Below are positions 9,335-19,738 of a stretch of DNA of 64,000 nucleotides, piece after piece. Location of the stretch: positions 160,001 through 224,000 of the forward strand of contig CAVWXH010000003.1 in the NCBI GenBank assembly GCA_963758915.1, in the 5' to 3' direction. Positions within the stretch are counted from its first letter, which is position 1. Each line of letters begins with the position of its first letter. The notes below the pieces were generated by a model. The model was not told the origin of the DNA. It was given only the letters and a program-made list of their open reading frames with translations, and ran no database searches. Source of the DNA: an uncultured Methanomicrobiales archaeon (lineage in GTDB: Archaea > Halobacteriota > Methanomicrobia > Methanomicrobiales > Methanospirillaceae). A program made the translations under genes and the position numbers.

Positions 9335-9380
9335 AAGATCGATCGGGTTACCCCGGCCCGGACCAGGAAGGAAAAAAAGA

Positions 9381-10268
9381 TTAAAGGATTTTGTGGAGTT
9401 CGAACTTGAACGGCCCGAGCGTGCCACCATAGTTACCGGCGCTGATGAATTTTACGCCTTTTACCATGCAGGCGGCACGGATACCTGCTGCCATTGCCTC
9501 TGCAACTGCTGCTTCGGATACACCGTCAATGACGATTTCGAACACGCCATTAATGCCGTCCGGGATCTTGCTGTCCGGGACCTTGCTCTTCAGGGATGGA
9601 CAGTACAGTTCGTTTGTGCTGGCATTCATGAATTTATACTTCTTGCTGCCTACTTTCGAGCCGCTTCCGACAATCCCACCCGGGAATGACGTGATAACGC
9701 CACAGACTTCATTGACCGCAGCCACGGCGGCCTGTGCACCGACCAGTGCTGACATGGTGCTGTCACCCATGATAAAGAAATTGCCACCTGCAACACCCTT
9801 CACGACGCCAATCTCTTCTTCTGTCAGGAAATCTCCACCCATCAGGGGAATTGCCCATACACTCCGGTCTCCGACCTTGGTCTGGTATTCGTAGCCGTCA
9901 CCAAAGAAATGGAGTTTCATCGGGAGTTTTTCTTCGCAGTCAGTGATACCGTTAAACGCTGCGGTGGTTGGTGCAGTAAGCACACACTCTGCGATACGCT
10001 CAATCAGCTGCTCTTTTAATTTTTTCTTGCTCGGGTGGACAATAAGAATACCATATCCAGGCCTGCCGTCAGGGGTCTGCTGCGGGGGGACATACTGGTC
10101 AATACCTGCTTCTGCCGGACATGCGATAACCGATGTCCCGAACCCGGTCGCTTCGACTGCTGAACTGTATGCGAGTTCCTTCGTTGCAGCGGTAATGATT
10201 ACAGAGCTGACCCATGCGGGAAACGCTTCTGCAAACGTGTTGTCAATCTTTACACCGTTAATTTCCAT
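9381..10268 (-). CDS. ftr: Formylmethanofuran-tetrahydromethanopterin N-formyltransferase
   Basis: MEINGVKIDNTFAEAF, ATGFGTSVIACPAEAGI, TPDGRPG, FPGGIVGSGSKVGS and SAGNYGGTLG motifs. Confidence 0.97.
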   Translation of the reverse strand: MEINGVKIDNTFAEAFPAWVSSVIITAATKELAYSSAVEATGFGTSVIACPAEAGIDQYVPPQQTPDGRPGYGILIVHPSKKKLKEQLIERIAECVLTAPTTAAFNGITDCEEKLPMKLHFFGDGYEYQTKVGDRSVWAIPLMGGDFLTEEEIGVVKGVAGGNFFIMGDSTMSALVGAQAAVAAVNEVCGVITSFPGGIVGSGSKVGSKKYKFMNASTNELYCPSLKSKVPDSKIPDGINGVFEIVIDGVSEAAVAEAMAAGIRAACMVKGVKFISAGNYGGTLGPFKFELHKIL

Positions 10269-10780
10269 ATTCAAATACCTCGGACAAAGAATGTACCATG
10301 GCCGTGATAGAATAAATTTTCTAAGTGGTTTTCAAATTGTTGACAGGAGGACGGTAGTACATACGTGGCGGAAGTTACTCACGGATGGACGGGATAAGAT
10401 AACGGGTAATCCTTCGAACATGCAGATTACCACTATTTCTCCCGATAAATCAGCCCAGGATAACCCCGAAATAATCACAAATTATGCTGTAATTTTTGTT
10501 TTTACGCGATATTTCATCTGTAAATACCTCATCACAAAAAATCGAGTCGCATCCAATCATAAACCATATAATGCTATACACTAAAGGGCATAGTTTGCCA
10601 CCTGCCCGGGTTACAGGAAACGAAAGAAGTGAGAGAAACGCCGGGATGCCCCGGTTCGTCGAAGTATCACCGGGGTCTGGCTAAAGCCAGGGATTCCACA
10701 GAACCTGGAGTACCAGCCAACTATTATTACGGGCGACGGTGACCAGTGTCCTGTCACAATTATTTCCGTGGATTGTGAAG

Positions 10781-11692
10781 ATGGCAGGAGATCAGAAGTT
10801 ACCGGGAGACCCTTATGAAGCAGGCGACAGTAATGGACTGGCACATCACCTGATTGCCATCTTTGCCGTGGCAATTGTTATCCTGATAATTGCAGGAGGA
10901 ATTCTTCTCAGCGAGGCAGGGAAAAATCCGCCGCCGGTTCCGGAAAAAACTACCGGGGAACGTGATGTCCTTTACCAGGTATCAACCATTGATGCACTGG
11001 TACTGGGTGCATATGAGGGGGTGCAACCTGCGGGCGAAGTGGAAAAACATGGGAATTTCGGCATCGGAACATTCGATGCACTTGACGGGGAGATGATTGC
11101 CGTTGATGGCCGGTACTACCAGGTAACATCAGATGGTGCAGTCCGTGAGGTTGACCCCTCGGTGATGGTGCCGTTTGCAACCGTTACATTTTTTGACAAC
11201 GATTCGACTATTACCGTAAGCGGGAGCAGGAATTTGTCCACCTTCACAAACGGGATTGATAAAGGACTCCCTTCGAAAAACCTGATCTATGCGGTCAGGG
11301 CTGACGCTACGTTCCCTGAAATGGTCGTCCGGGCCATTCCAAGGCAGGAAAAACCATATCCTCCGCTTACCGAGGCAGCCACCCACCAGGTGGTTACCAG
11401 GCTGGAGAATACATCAGGGACCATTGTGGGGTTCTACCTTCCTGCATTTATGAAAGGGGTCAATATGCCCGGGTACCACCTCCACTATATTTCATCAGAC
11501 AGGAAAAGCGGAGGACATATCCTTGATTTTACCCCGCCTGATACCCCGGTCATGGTGATAATTGATCAGACCCCGGATTTTTCCATGTCTGCCCCCACAA
11601 CAGGTGATTTCGCAGAGATGAACTTTTCCGGGGATGTTTCAGCAGGATCTCATCCAGGTCGAACGTTAAGCGGAAATGAAGTCCCGGGATAG
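10781..11692 (+). CDS. budA: Alpha-acetolactate decarboxylase with N-terminal transmembrane helix
   Basis: LYQVSTIDAL, GNFGIGTFDALDGEMI, PFATVTFF and GYHLHYIS...GGHIL (Zn ligands). Hydrophobic segment LIAIFAVAIVILIIAGGILL. The extreme C-terminus may be frameshifted. Confidence 0.85.
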   Translation: MAGDQKLPGDPYEAGDSNGLAHHLIAIFAVAIVILIIAGGILLSEAGKNPPPVPEKTTGERDVLYQVSTIDALVLGAYEGVQPAGEVEKHGNFGIGTFDALDGEMIAVDGRYYQVTSDGAVREVDPSVMVPFATVTFFDNDSTITVSGSRNLSTFTNGIDKGLPSKNLIYAVRADATFPEMVVRAIPRQEKPYPPLTEAATHQVVTRLENTSGTIVGFYLPAFMKGVNMPGYHLHYISSDRKSGGHILDFTPPDTPVMVIIDQTPDFSMSAPTTGDFAEMNFSGDVSAGSHPGRTLSGNEVPG

Positions 11693-12311
11693 TTCACCCG
11701 TGGCACCGAAAGACATCCCACCCTAAACCGGAACTAACACCATTCCGGCCTTAATATTCAGAAAAAACAGAATATTGAGAGGGATTTTTTTCCCACCCTT
11801 CGATCGGTAAACGGGGCGATTATCAGGGAGTATATTTTATTAAAAGAGCCCTGATTTCATTCTCTTCGGATTAAACCCGGAAAGATGCGATCGGCCCCGT
11901 TTTCAGGTCAACAAAAGCCCCGGATTTCGCCCCGATTTTTCGCATGGTTGGATAACTAGCGAGTAATGTATGGATATTAATTGTAACCTGGATCTTCAGA
12001 TATCTTCCATCCGTGATATTTATATTACTCCAATTCAATCCCGGGTGAATAAAAAAATTGACCTGATAATTCCGCTCGAATTTGCGATCCGGGGTGGGCG
12101 TCACAGCGGAACAATTTAATACACCCGATTTGCCTTCTTTTTCGGGGAAAATTGAAAAATCCTGCTAAAAAGCGCACAAATTGTTTCCTCCTGATGTAAG
12201 GATGTACACTTTATTTCATTAACAGTTAATAGTTATACATTAATTACCGGATTAAACATGCAATAAATGCCCGTTGCAATTCAGAAGAGTTTATCTATCT
12301 TATTTTACAAC

Positions 12312-12322
12312 TTTTTTTATAT
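12312..12322 (+). promoter_or_regulatory. Candidate TATA box of the fwd-hdr operon
   Basis: TTTTTTTATAT about 40 nt upstream of the ATG at 12361, at the end of a roughly 670-nt AT-rich intergenic region. Confidence 0.4.
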
Positions 12323-12360
12323 CGATTTTAATGATCGATCGAGCTGGTGCGTGATTAAGA

Positions 12361-12624
12361 ATGGCATTTGCAGTGCATATTAACATGGAGCATTGTACCG
12401 GCTGTAACAATTGTGTGGTGGCATGCCCGGTTGACGCATTGGAGCTGCATACCGTAGATCCAGTTACCAAAGATAAGATCTACAGGGTCAAGGATGGAAA
12501 ATCCGTCGTCCTTGACTTCAAGGCAGAACTTTGCGCCGGTTGTGGCGTATGTGTCGAAGCATGTCCACATGATGTTATCAGACTGGCCGGACCCTGGAAC
12601 ACAGGGATGGCTAAAGTACAGTGA
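12361..12624 (+). CDS. fwdG: 2x[4Fe-4S] protein, formylmethanofuran dehydrogenase subunit G
   Basis: CTGCNNCVVACP and CAGCGVCVEACP; first gene of the fwd/hdr operon. Confidence 0.8.
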   Translation: MAFAVHINMEHCTGCNNCVVACPVDALELHTVDPVTKDKIYRVKDGKSVVLDFKAELCAGCGVCVEACPHDVIRLAGPWNTGMAKVQ

Positions 12625-12646
12625 GTGAACGGAGTGAGTAAAATAC

Positions 12647-13807
12647 ATGACATTGTTTCCTAAATACTCCAAGGTACGGGATGGAGTCAATTTCGTGAAC
12701 TCGCAGAAACTTCTGCAGAACACGAGTACCCTGATCCTGAATTCGGAGGTCTGTACAGGGTGTGGCGTTTGTGTTGATGCCTGTCCTGAAGAGGCGATCG
12801 TCCTCGGACTTGTAGGGGCTGTAAGACGGGGTGCAGTTGATTATGCTGCACCGGTGGATATTGACGAGCAGAAATGCGTTTATTGTGGCGTCTGCGTCAT
12901 AATGTGCCCATTCAATGCACTTACCCTGAAAGTCGACGGCGAAGAGAGACTCCCGATTATCGAAAAGGAAGGGTTCCCACAGTATGACATAACAGCAAAG
13001 ATCGACCAGGAAAAGTGTGTAAAATGCACTATCTGCGATGAGGTCTGCCCAAGGGACGCAATTCTTCGTGATGTCCCGGTATATGAGGGCGTCGATGCAG
13101 CCGCAAATGAACGGCAGGTTGCATTGAAGAGCAAGACCACGTTCAAGGTCGATGACGAGAAATGCACACTTTGTGGAATCTGCGGGGCAGTCTGCCCGGC
13201 AATCGTTGTGAAGCACAAGCCGTTCACAGCCGAAAGCGGCAAAGTCGAAGGGGAAGTTGTGTGGGACGAGACAAAGTGCGATGCATGTAAAGTCTGTGTT
13301 GAACTCTGTCCGGAAGAGTGCATCACGGTAGAACGCGAGGTTGTCAGCGACAAGATGGCCGGTGAAGTCAACATCGATCAGAAGCAGTGCTGCACCTGTA
13401 CATGGTGTTCAACGAACTGCCCGACAGAAGCCATCACGATTGAAAAGATCTTTTCCGGCGATATCGAGTTTAATGCAACAAAATGTCCCGGCGGTTGCTC
13501 AACCTGCGTGGATATCTGCCCTGCAAATGCCATCTACCTGCCAACCCCGAAGGCAGCAGCTGACATGAAAGGCGAGATCGAGTCCACAATCGCGGTCAAC
13601 AAGGATTTCTGTATCCTTTGTGGTGCATGTGTCAATGCATGCCCGGGTGAGGATATTATTGTTCTCAAGAGAGACGGGATCCGGATAAAAGGCGAAGAAA
13701 CTGACCTGTTCAAGAAGATCAAGGCAAAACTCTTCGAGAAGCGGACATCAAAAGTCAAGGAAGATATCCCGGCCCAGGTTAACCTGAAAATGATGGAGAA
13801 GGCGTGA
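12647..13807 (+). CDS. fwdF: Polyferredoxin, formylmethanofuran dehydrogenase subunit F
   Basis: Eight CxxCxxCxxxCP-type motifs; operon position. Confidence 0.88.
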   Translation: MTLFPKYSKVRDGVNFVNSQKLLQNTSTLILNSEVCTGCGVCVDACPEEAIVLGLVGAVRRGAVDYAAPVDIDEQKCVYCGVCVIMCPFNALTLKVDGEERLPIIEKEGFPQYDITAKIDQEKCVKCTICDEVCPRDAILRDVPVYEGVDAAANERQVALKSKTTFKVDDEKCTLCGICGAVCPAIVVKHKPFTAESGKVEGEVVWDETKCDACKVCVELCPEECITVEREVVSDKMAGEVNIDQKQCCTCTWCSTNCPTEAITIEKIFSGDIEFNATKCPGGCSTCVDICPANAIYLPTPKAAADMKGEIESTIAVNKDFCILCGACVNACPGEDIIVLKRDGIRIKGEETDLFKKIKAKLFEKRTSKVKEDIPAQVNLKMMEKA

Positions 13808-13817
13808 GGTAACAGGT

Positions 13818-14399
13818 ATGGCAAGAATAAAAGGATACCCTGAAGCATTGGAGGCAAAACTCCGTGACCGGTATATGTATGGGGATGATGCTCATCCTGA
13901 ATTCACGGATTCGGTAGAGAAAATCTCGATGTCAATTCCCCATATGTGCTACCAGTGTGGTACCTGTACCGCCTCCTGTCCGTCAGCTCCCCGCAGCTCA
14001 TACCGGATCAGGAAATTTGTAAGGCGTGTTGTGCTTGGTCTCGAGACCGAAGCACTGACCGACCCGGACCTCTGGCTCTGCACCACCTGCTACAGCTGCA
14101 CTGACCGGTGCCCGCGTGATATTGCACCAACCGATGTCATCATGGCGATGAGAAATCTCGCCTTTAAACGTGATATCATCCCGGTCAATTTCTTAAAGAC
14201 CGTGCAGGCAATTTATACAACCGGCCATGGTGTCCCGAATAATGATGTAAACCGTGCAGCCCGTGTGAAACTGGGAATGAATGCCGATCCACCAACAACC
14301 CACACCTATAAGGAATTCATACCCGGCATCCAGAAGATCCTGGACTATTACAAACTCAAGGCAAATGCCGACAGGATCGTCAAGGAAAGGGAGGGGTAA
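13818..14399 (+). CDS. hdrC: CoB-CoM heterodisulfide reductase subunit C
   Basis: CYQCGTCTASCP and LWLCTTCYSCTDRCPR motifs. Confidence 0.96.
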   Translation: MARIKGYPEALEAKLRDRYMYGDDAHPEFTDSVEKISMSIPHMCYQCGTCTASCPSAPRSSYRIRKFVRRVVLGLETEALTDPDLWLCTTCYSCTDRCPRDIAPTDVIMAMRNLAFKRDIIPVNFLKTVQAIYTTGHGVPNNDVNRAARVKLGMNADPPTTHTYKEFIPGIQKILDYYKLKANADRIVKEREG

Positions 14400-14405
14400 G
14401 CAATC

Positions 14406-15320
14406 ATGGAAGCAAAACATAAATACGCATTTTATCTCGGCTGCATTGCCCCCAACCGGTACCCCGGTTCCGAAGCGGCTGCAATCAAGACAAGTAAGAA
14501 ACTCGGTATCGAACTTGTGCCCCTTAAGGGTGCAAGCTGCTGTCCTGCACCGGGTGCATTCGGTTCCATTGACTTAAATGTCTGGTATGCAATGGCAGCA
14601 CGTAACCTCGTGCTCGCCGAGCAGATGAAAATGGACATTGCCCTGCTTTGCAATGGGTGTTACAAGTCAATCTGGGAAGTAAACCACAAGCTGAAACACC
14701 ACGATGAACTCCGTGACGGGGTAAACGAGGTGCTGAAAACGATCGACATGGAATACAAAGGCTCGATCAATGTCTACCACCTTGCAGAACTCCTCTATGA
14801 CAAGAATATCGTCGGTGTTGACAAGATCAGGGACAGCGTGACCAACCCCCTGACGGGTGCACGGATTGCAGTCCACTATGGATGTCACCTCGTAAAGCCA
14901 AGGAAAGACCGTGAATTTGAAGCGACGGAGTTACTGAATACCGAAGCACCGACCTGGATGGAAGAACTGGTTGCAGCCCTTGGTGCAACTCCGGTAGAAT
15001 ACCGCCAGAAGATGCAGTGCTGCGGTGCCGGTGGCGGTGTACGGGGCTACGATATTGTCCATGCTCTCGATATCGCCAACGAGAAACTGATCAACCTGCA
15101 GGAAGTAAAGGTTGATGCCCTTACCGATATCTGCCCGTTCTGTCAGCTCCAGTTTGACCGTGGCCAGATTGAAATCGAAGAGAAGTTCGGGGTTAAATAC
15201 AACCTTCCTGTACTTCACTTCTGTGAACTGCTTGGACTGGCACAGGGAATGAGCCCGCAGGACCTTGCACTTGATCTCCATGCGATCAGCTGCGAACCGT
15301 TCCTGCAGAAGGTGCTGTGA
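14406..15320 (+). CDS. hdrB: CoB-CoM heterodisulfide reductase subunit B
   Basis: LGCIAPNRYPG, SCCPAPG, HYGCH, CCGAGGG and CPFCQLQFDRGQ (CCG domains). Confidence 0.97.
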   Translation: MEAKHKYAFYLGCIAPNRYPGSEAAAIKTSKKLGIELVPLKGASCCPAPGAFGSIDLNVWYAMAARNLVLAEQMKMDIALLCNGCYKSIWEVNHKLKHHDELRDGVNEVLKTIDMEYKGSINVYHLAELLYDKNIVGVDKIRDSVTNPLTGARIAVHYGCHLVKPRKDREFEATELLNTEAPTWMEELVAALGATPVEYRQKMQCCGAGGGVRGYDIVHALDIANEKLINLQEVKVDALTDICPFCQLQFDRGQIEIEEKFGVKYNLPVLHFCELLGLAQGMSPQDLALDLHAISCEPFLQKVL

Positions 15321-15334
15321 AGGAGGTACTGAAC

Positions 15335-17449
15335 ATGGCTGAAAGAAAAACCAAGAAAGAAACAGCGTCCAAGAAAGAGACCACCGCTGCAGTAAAGAAG
15401 CAGGCACCAGCGAAAGCCGCAATCGGAGAACAACCCGAAGGCAAGAAAGAGGCACGGATTGGGGTTTTCATCTGCCACTGTGGTACAAACATTGCCGGTT
15501 CAATGGATATCAACGCAGTACAGGAATATGCAAAAACCATTCCGAATGTCGCCTATGTTGACAACTACAAGTACATGTGTTCGATGCCCGGGCAGGCTGT
15601 GATTGATAAGGCAATCCATGATAACAAGCTCACCGGTGTCGTCGTCGCTGCATGTTCACCACGTCTCCACGAACCAACGTTCAGGACGGCAACCAAGGAA
15701 GGTGGCCTCAACCCGTTCAAGTTCGAGATGGCAAACATCCGCGAGCAGAACTCGTGGGTGCACATGCATGACCAGGAAGGGGCAACAGACAAAGCAAAGG
15801 ACGCAATCCGCATTGCCGTTGCAAAGGCATCGCTCCTTGAAGACCTCTTCCCGAAGAGTGTTCCCGTTGAGAGGGCCGCAATGGTCGTCGGTGCAGGTGT
15901 TGCAGGAATGCAGGCCGCTCTCGACCTGGCAAACGCCGGTATCAAGACCTACCTGATCGAGAAGACCCCGACCATTGGTGGTCGCATGTCCCAGCTCGAC
16001 AAGACGTTCCCGACCCTCGACTGTTCACAGTGTATCCTTACACCGAAAATGGTGGATGTCGGAAGGAGCGAGAATATCGAGCTGATGACGTATTGCGATG
16101 TTGAATCCGTAGAAGGGTACATCGGTAACTTCGATGTCACCATCAGGAAGAAAGCCCGTGGTGTCCTTACTCCCAAAGAAGCAGAGGCAAAGGGTATTGT
16201 CGGTGGTGGCTGCAACGGTTGTGGTGACTGTGAGACTGCATGCCCGGTCGTCCAGCCAAACACCTTTGAAGAAGGAATGAAGCCACGAAAGGCAATCTAT
16301 ATCCAGCACCCGCAGGTCGTCCCCCTGATTTACACCATTGACAAAGAGTCCTGTATCAAGTGTGGAATCTGTGTCACGGTATGCGGTAATGAAAAGAAGG
16401 CTATCGACCTCGACCAGGAAGATGAATTCGTCAAGGTAAAGGTAGGTACAGCAATTCTTGCAACAGGGTATGATATCTTCCCAATCGAGAACAAGACCGA
16501 GTGGGGCTACAAGAGGTTCGAAAACGTCATTACCAGCCTCGAGTTCGAACGCCTGATCTGTGCATCCGGTCCGACCGGCGGCCACATGGTCCGCCCGAGT
16601 GACGGGGTCGCACCAAAGAAGGTCGCATTCCTCCTCTGTGCAGGTTCAAGAGATAATACCGGGATCGGCAAGCCCTATTGTTCAAGGTTCTGCTGCATGT
16701 ATTCACTGAAACATGCCCACCAGCTCATTGAAAAGATGCCCGGTTGCCAGCCCTATATCTTCTACATGGATATCCGGTCCTTCGGTAAGATGTACGAAGA
16801 GTTCTATTACCGTATCCAGGACGAGGGTGCAAAGTTCATCCGTGGCCGTGTCTCGAACATTCTCGAAGACCCGGTATCAAAGAACCTCATGGTGTTTGCA
16901 GATGACACCCTGCTTGACCGGCCGATGAAACTCGAAGTAGACCTTGTCGTGCTTGCTGCAGCAGTACAGCCCGCAGCCGACACGAACCGGACCAGGAAAC
17001 TCTTCGGTGTATCCTGTTCCATGGACGGATGGCTCCTTGAAGCACACCCGAAACTGAACCCATGCGGTACCACCACAGCCGGTGTTTTCCTTGCAGGGGC
17101 CTGCCAGGGACCAAAGGATATCCCTGACACGGTTGCTTCAGCAGAAGGCGCTGCATCAGCAGCAAGTATCCCGATCCATACCGGACACGTTGAACTTGAA
17201 CCGTACTTCGCCCAGTGTATCGATGAGAAATGCGCAGGATGCGGTATGTGTGTCAATTTATGCCCGTACACCGCACTTGCACTCGTAGAAAAAGATGGAA
17301 GAAAAGTCATGCAGGTTACAGAAGCGAAATGTAAAGGCTGCGGTACCTGCGGTGGATTCTGCCCTGGTGGCGCAATCTGGATGAACCACTTTGCAACACC
17401 ACAGATTATTGCTCAGATTGATGCATTCCTCCTCGGAGGCGAGCAGTAA
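15335..17449 (+). CDS. hdrA: Heterodisulfide reductase flavin/Fe-S subunit A
   Basis: RIGVFICHCGTNI, ACSPRLHE, GAGVAG, LDKTFPTLDC, YCSRFCCMY, GPKDIPD and ferredoxin motifs. GGAGG upstream. Confidence 0.97.
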   Translation: MAERKTKKETASKKETTAAVKKQAPAKAAIGEQPEGKKEARIGVFICHCGTNIAGSMDINAVQEYAKTIPNVAYVDNYKYMCSMPGQAVIDKAIHDNKLTGVVVAACSPRLHEPTFRTATKEGGLNPFKFEMANIREQNSWVHMHDQEGATDKAKDAIRIAVAKASLLEDLFPKSVPVERAAMVVGAGVAGMQAALDLANAGIKTYLIEKTPTIGGRMSQLDKTFPTLDCSQCILTPKMVDVGRSENIELMTYCDVESVEGYIGNFDVTIRKKARGVLTPKEAEAKGIVGGGCNGCGDCETACPVVQPNTFEEGMKPRKAIYIQHPQVVPLIYTIDKESCIKCGICVTVCGNEKKAIDLDQEDEFVKVKVGTAILATGYDIFPIENKTEWGYKRFENVITSLEFERLICASGPTGGHMVRPSDGVAPKKVAFLLCAGSRDNTGIGKPYCSRFCCMYSLKHAHQLIEKMPGCQPYIFYMDIRSFGKMYEEFYYRIQDEGAKFIRGRVSNILEDPVSKNLMVFADDTLLDRPMKLEVDLVVLAAAVQPAADTNRTRKLFGVSCSMDGWLLEAHPKLNPCGTTTAGVFLAGACQGPKDIPDTVASAEGAASAASIPIHTGHVELEPYFAQCIDEKCAGCGMCVNLCPYTALALVEKDGRKVMQVTEAKCKGCGTCGGFCPGGAIWMNHFATPQIIAQIDAFLLGGEQ

Positions 17450-17901
17450 TGGCAGGACATGAAGCTCCCCCGAAACGCGAGGAAGGCGCATTTAAGCCCA
17501 AGATCATCGGGATCCTCTGCAACTGGTGTTCGTATGCCGGTGCAGATCTCGCCGGTGGTGGCCGTATCCAGTACCCGCCTGATGTCCGGATTGTCCGTGT
17601 CATGTGCACGGGACGTGTGGACCCGCTCTTCATCATGAAGGCATTCACAGACGGTGCAGACGGGGTATTGATTTCAGGCTGCCACTTCGGTGACTGCCAC
17701 TACCTCGAAGGGAACTATAAGGCTGCGAAGAGGTTGTTCCTTGTCAAGAACCTGTTGAAAAACATCGGTCTTGAGGACAAGAGGTTAAGAATGACCTTTG
17801 TTTCTGCATCAGAAGGAGCAAAATGGGGTAAGGTTATCACTGACGTCGTAAAGACAGTGGAAGAACTTGGCCCAAGCCCACTGGCAGAACTGACGAAATA
17901 A
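17449..17901 (+). CDS. mvhD: [2Fe-2S] MvhD adaptor subunit
   Basis: LCNWCSYAGAD, VMCTGRVD and GCHFGDCHY motifs. Confidence 0.95.
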   Translation: MAGHEAPPKREEGAFKPKIIGILCNWCSYAGADLAGGGRIQYPPDVRIVRVMCTGRVDPLFIMKAFTDGADGVLISGCHFGDCHYLEGNYKAAKRLFLVKNLLKNIGLEDKRLRMTFVSASEGAKWGKVITDVVKTVEELGPSPLAELTK

Positions 17902-18018
17902 TAGCATAACAATTCCGGCTCAAGGGTCCGGCAGGAACTGGTGACAGAGGGGGGAAAGACCTCTGCCGCAAAAGTCTGCCTTATAATTGAGCTGGATAAT
18001 AAAATAAGAGGAAAAAAT

Positions 18019-18420
18019 ATGGCAAAGATTACCCTGAACCTTATTTCCGGCCGGACTATATCCCAGGGTGTGGCGATGGAGGGAGGAAAAGAGAAAGACC
18101 TCTATCGCAAAGCCTGCGGGATTATTGAGATGGACGATTCTGACTTCAAGAAGCTCGGGTGCTGGAAAAATACCAATGTCCGCGTGACCAGCCCGTATGG
18201 CACCGTCATTGTAAAAGCACAGGAGACCTCCCAGGGACCACACCCTGGTGTTGGTTTTATCCCCATGGGACCCTGGGCCAACCTGATCGTTAACCCGAAC
18301 ACGTACTCGACCGGTATGCCCACATTCAAGGGAATACCCGTTGAGGTTGAAGTCGCAATGGACCAGCCTATCCTTCTCGGCGTTGAACTTGTACAGAAAG
18401 CATGCAGGGGTGAATCCTGA
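18019..18420 (+). CDS. fwdD: Formylmethanofuran dehydrogenase subunit D
   Basis: LISGRTISQG, FIPMGPWAN and TGMPTFKG motifs; ATG at 18019 after GAGG. Confidence 0.93.
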   Translation: MAKITLNLISGRTISQGVAMEGGKEKDLYRKACGIIEMDDSDFKKLGCWKNTNVRVTSPYGTVIVKAQETSQGPHPGVGFIPMGPWANLIVNPNTYSTGMPTFKGIPVEVEVAMDQPILLGVELVQKACRGES

Positions 18421-19736
18421 TGACAAAGACAGTTACTGATGTTGTGTGCCCATTCTGCGGTACCCTCTGTGACGATCTCGAGGTCGCAGTTACCGATGAC
18501 GGTAAACAGATCCTCGACGTGTACAATGCCTGTGCAATTGGTGCAGAAAAATTCCTGCATTCACAGGCAAAAGACCGGATCACCAGGCCGAGACTCCAGC
18601 AGCCGGACGGGACCTGGAAAGAGATCAGCTACGACGAGGCGGCAGATTACACGGCAAAAATGCTTGCCGGTGCAAAGAAACCGCTGATGTACGGGTGGAG
18701 CTCGGTCAATTGTGAAGCCCAGAGCGTTGGAAACGAGATCGCAGAGATGTGCCGTGCATGTGTTGATAATACGGCAGCAGTCTGCCACGGCACCACCCTG
18801 ATTGCAGTGCAGGACATAGGCCTGCCTACCTGCACCCTTGGTGAAGTAAAGAACCGGGCTGACACCATTATCTTCTGGGGATGCAACCCCTGTCACGCCC
18901 ACCCACGCCACATGTCCCGGTACTCGATATTCCCACGTGGATTCTTCACCGGAAAAGGACATAAAAGCCGTAAACTGGTGGTAGTTGACCCCCGTGTCAC
19001 CGACACCGCCAAGATGGCAGATATTCACCTCCAGGTCACCCAGGGACAGGACTACGAACTCCTCAACGCCTTCCGTGTTGCATTCAAAAACGAATGGCTG
19101 CCGGATGTCGTAGCAGGTATACCAAAAGAGAAGATCATCGAGGCTGCAAATATCATGAAGGCAGGCCGGTTCGGGATCATCTTCTTCGGTATGGGTGTTA
19201 CCCAGTCGCTTGGAAAGAACCACAATATCGATGAGGCAATCGCGGTCACAAAAGACCTCAACGAATACACGAAATTCTCCATCATGCCAATGCGTGGTCA
19301 CTACAATGTGACAGGCTCCGGAGAGGTCCTCGCATGGCAGTTCGGGTACCCGTATTCCGTTGACCTTACCCGCGGGTTCCCGCGGTATAACCCGGGCGAC
19401 ACGAGCTCTATCGACCTCCTTACCCGTGGTGAAATTGATGCAGCATTTGTTATCGGAAGCGATCCGGGAGCACATTTCCCAATCAGTGCCGTCAAGAAGA
19501 TTTCACAGGTCAATTCAGTATGCATCGATCCCCACATCACACCGACCAGCGGTGTCTCAAAACTTCATGTGCCGGTTGCATTCAATGGTGTTGAGACCGG
19601 TGGAAACGCATACCGCATGGATAACGTCCCAATCGACTGCCGTAAGGTCGTGGATCCTCCGGAGGGCATGCTCACCGATGAAGAGTTCCTGACAATGGTC
19701 CGCGATCGTGTGAAGAAACTCAAGGGGGTCGCATAA
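18420..19736 (+). CDS. fwdB: Formylmethanofuran dehydrogenase subunit B (Mo/W, Cys-ligated)
   Basis: CPFCGTLCDD, VCHG, TLGEVKNRAD, HPRHMSRY and MRGHYNVTG motifs. Confidence 0.96.
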   Translation: MTKTVTDVVCPFCGTLCDDLEVAVTDDGKQILDVYNACAIGAEKFLHSQAKDRITRPRLQQPDGTWKEISYDEAADYTAKMLAGAKKPLMYGWSSVNCEAQSVGNEIAEMCRACVDNTAAVCHGTTLIAVQDIGLPTCTLGEVKNRADTIIFWGCNPCHAHPRHMSRYSIFPRGFFTGKGHKSRKLVVVDPRVTDTAKMADIHLQVTQGQDYELLNAFRVAFKNEWLPDVVAGIPKEKIIEAANIMKAGRFGIIFFGMGVTQSLGKNHNIDEAIAVTKDLNEYTKFSIMPMRGHYNVTGSGEVLAWQFGYPYSVDLTRGFPRYNPGDTSSIDLLTRGEIDAAFVIGSDPGAHFPISAVKKISQVNSVCIDPHITPTSGVSKLHVPVAFNGVETGGNAYRMDNVPIDCRKVVDPPEGMLTDEEFLTMVRDRVKKLKGVA

Positions 19737-19738
19737 TT

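Noticed and set aside
11693-12360. ncRNA or hidden gene in the long AT-rich region before fwdG
   Set aside because: Only short palindromes (ATCAGGG...CCCTGAT, TTAACAGTTAA) and a motif-less 77-aa ORF were seen; not enough to call beyond a promoter region.
18420-19736. Selenocysteine or pyrrolysine recoding in FwdB, HdrA or MvhD
   Set aside because: The relevant positions are Cys codons and no in-frame TGA or TAG needs read-through.
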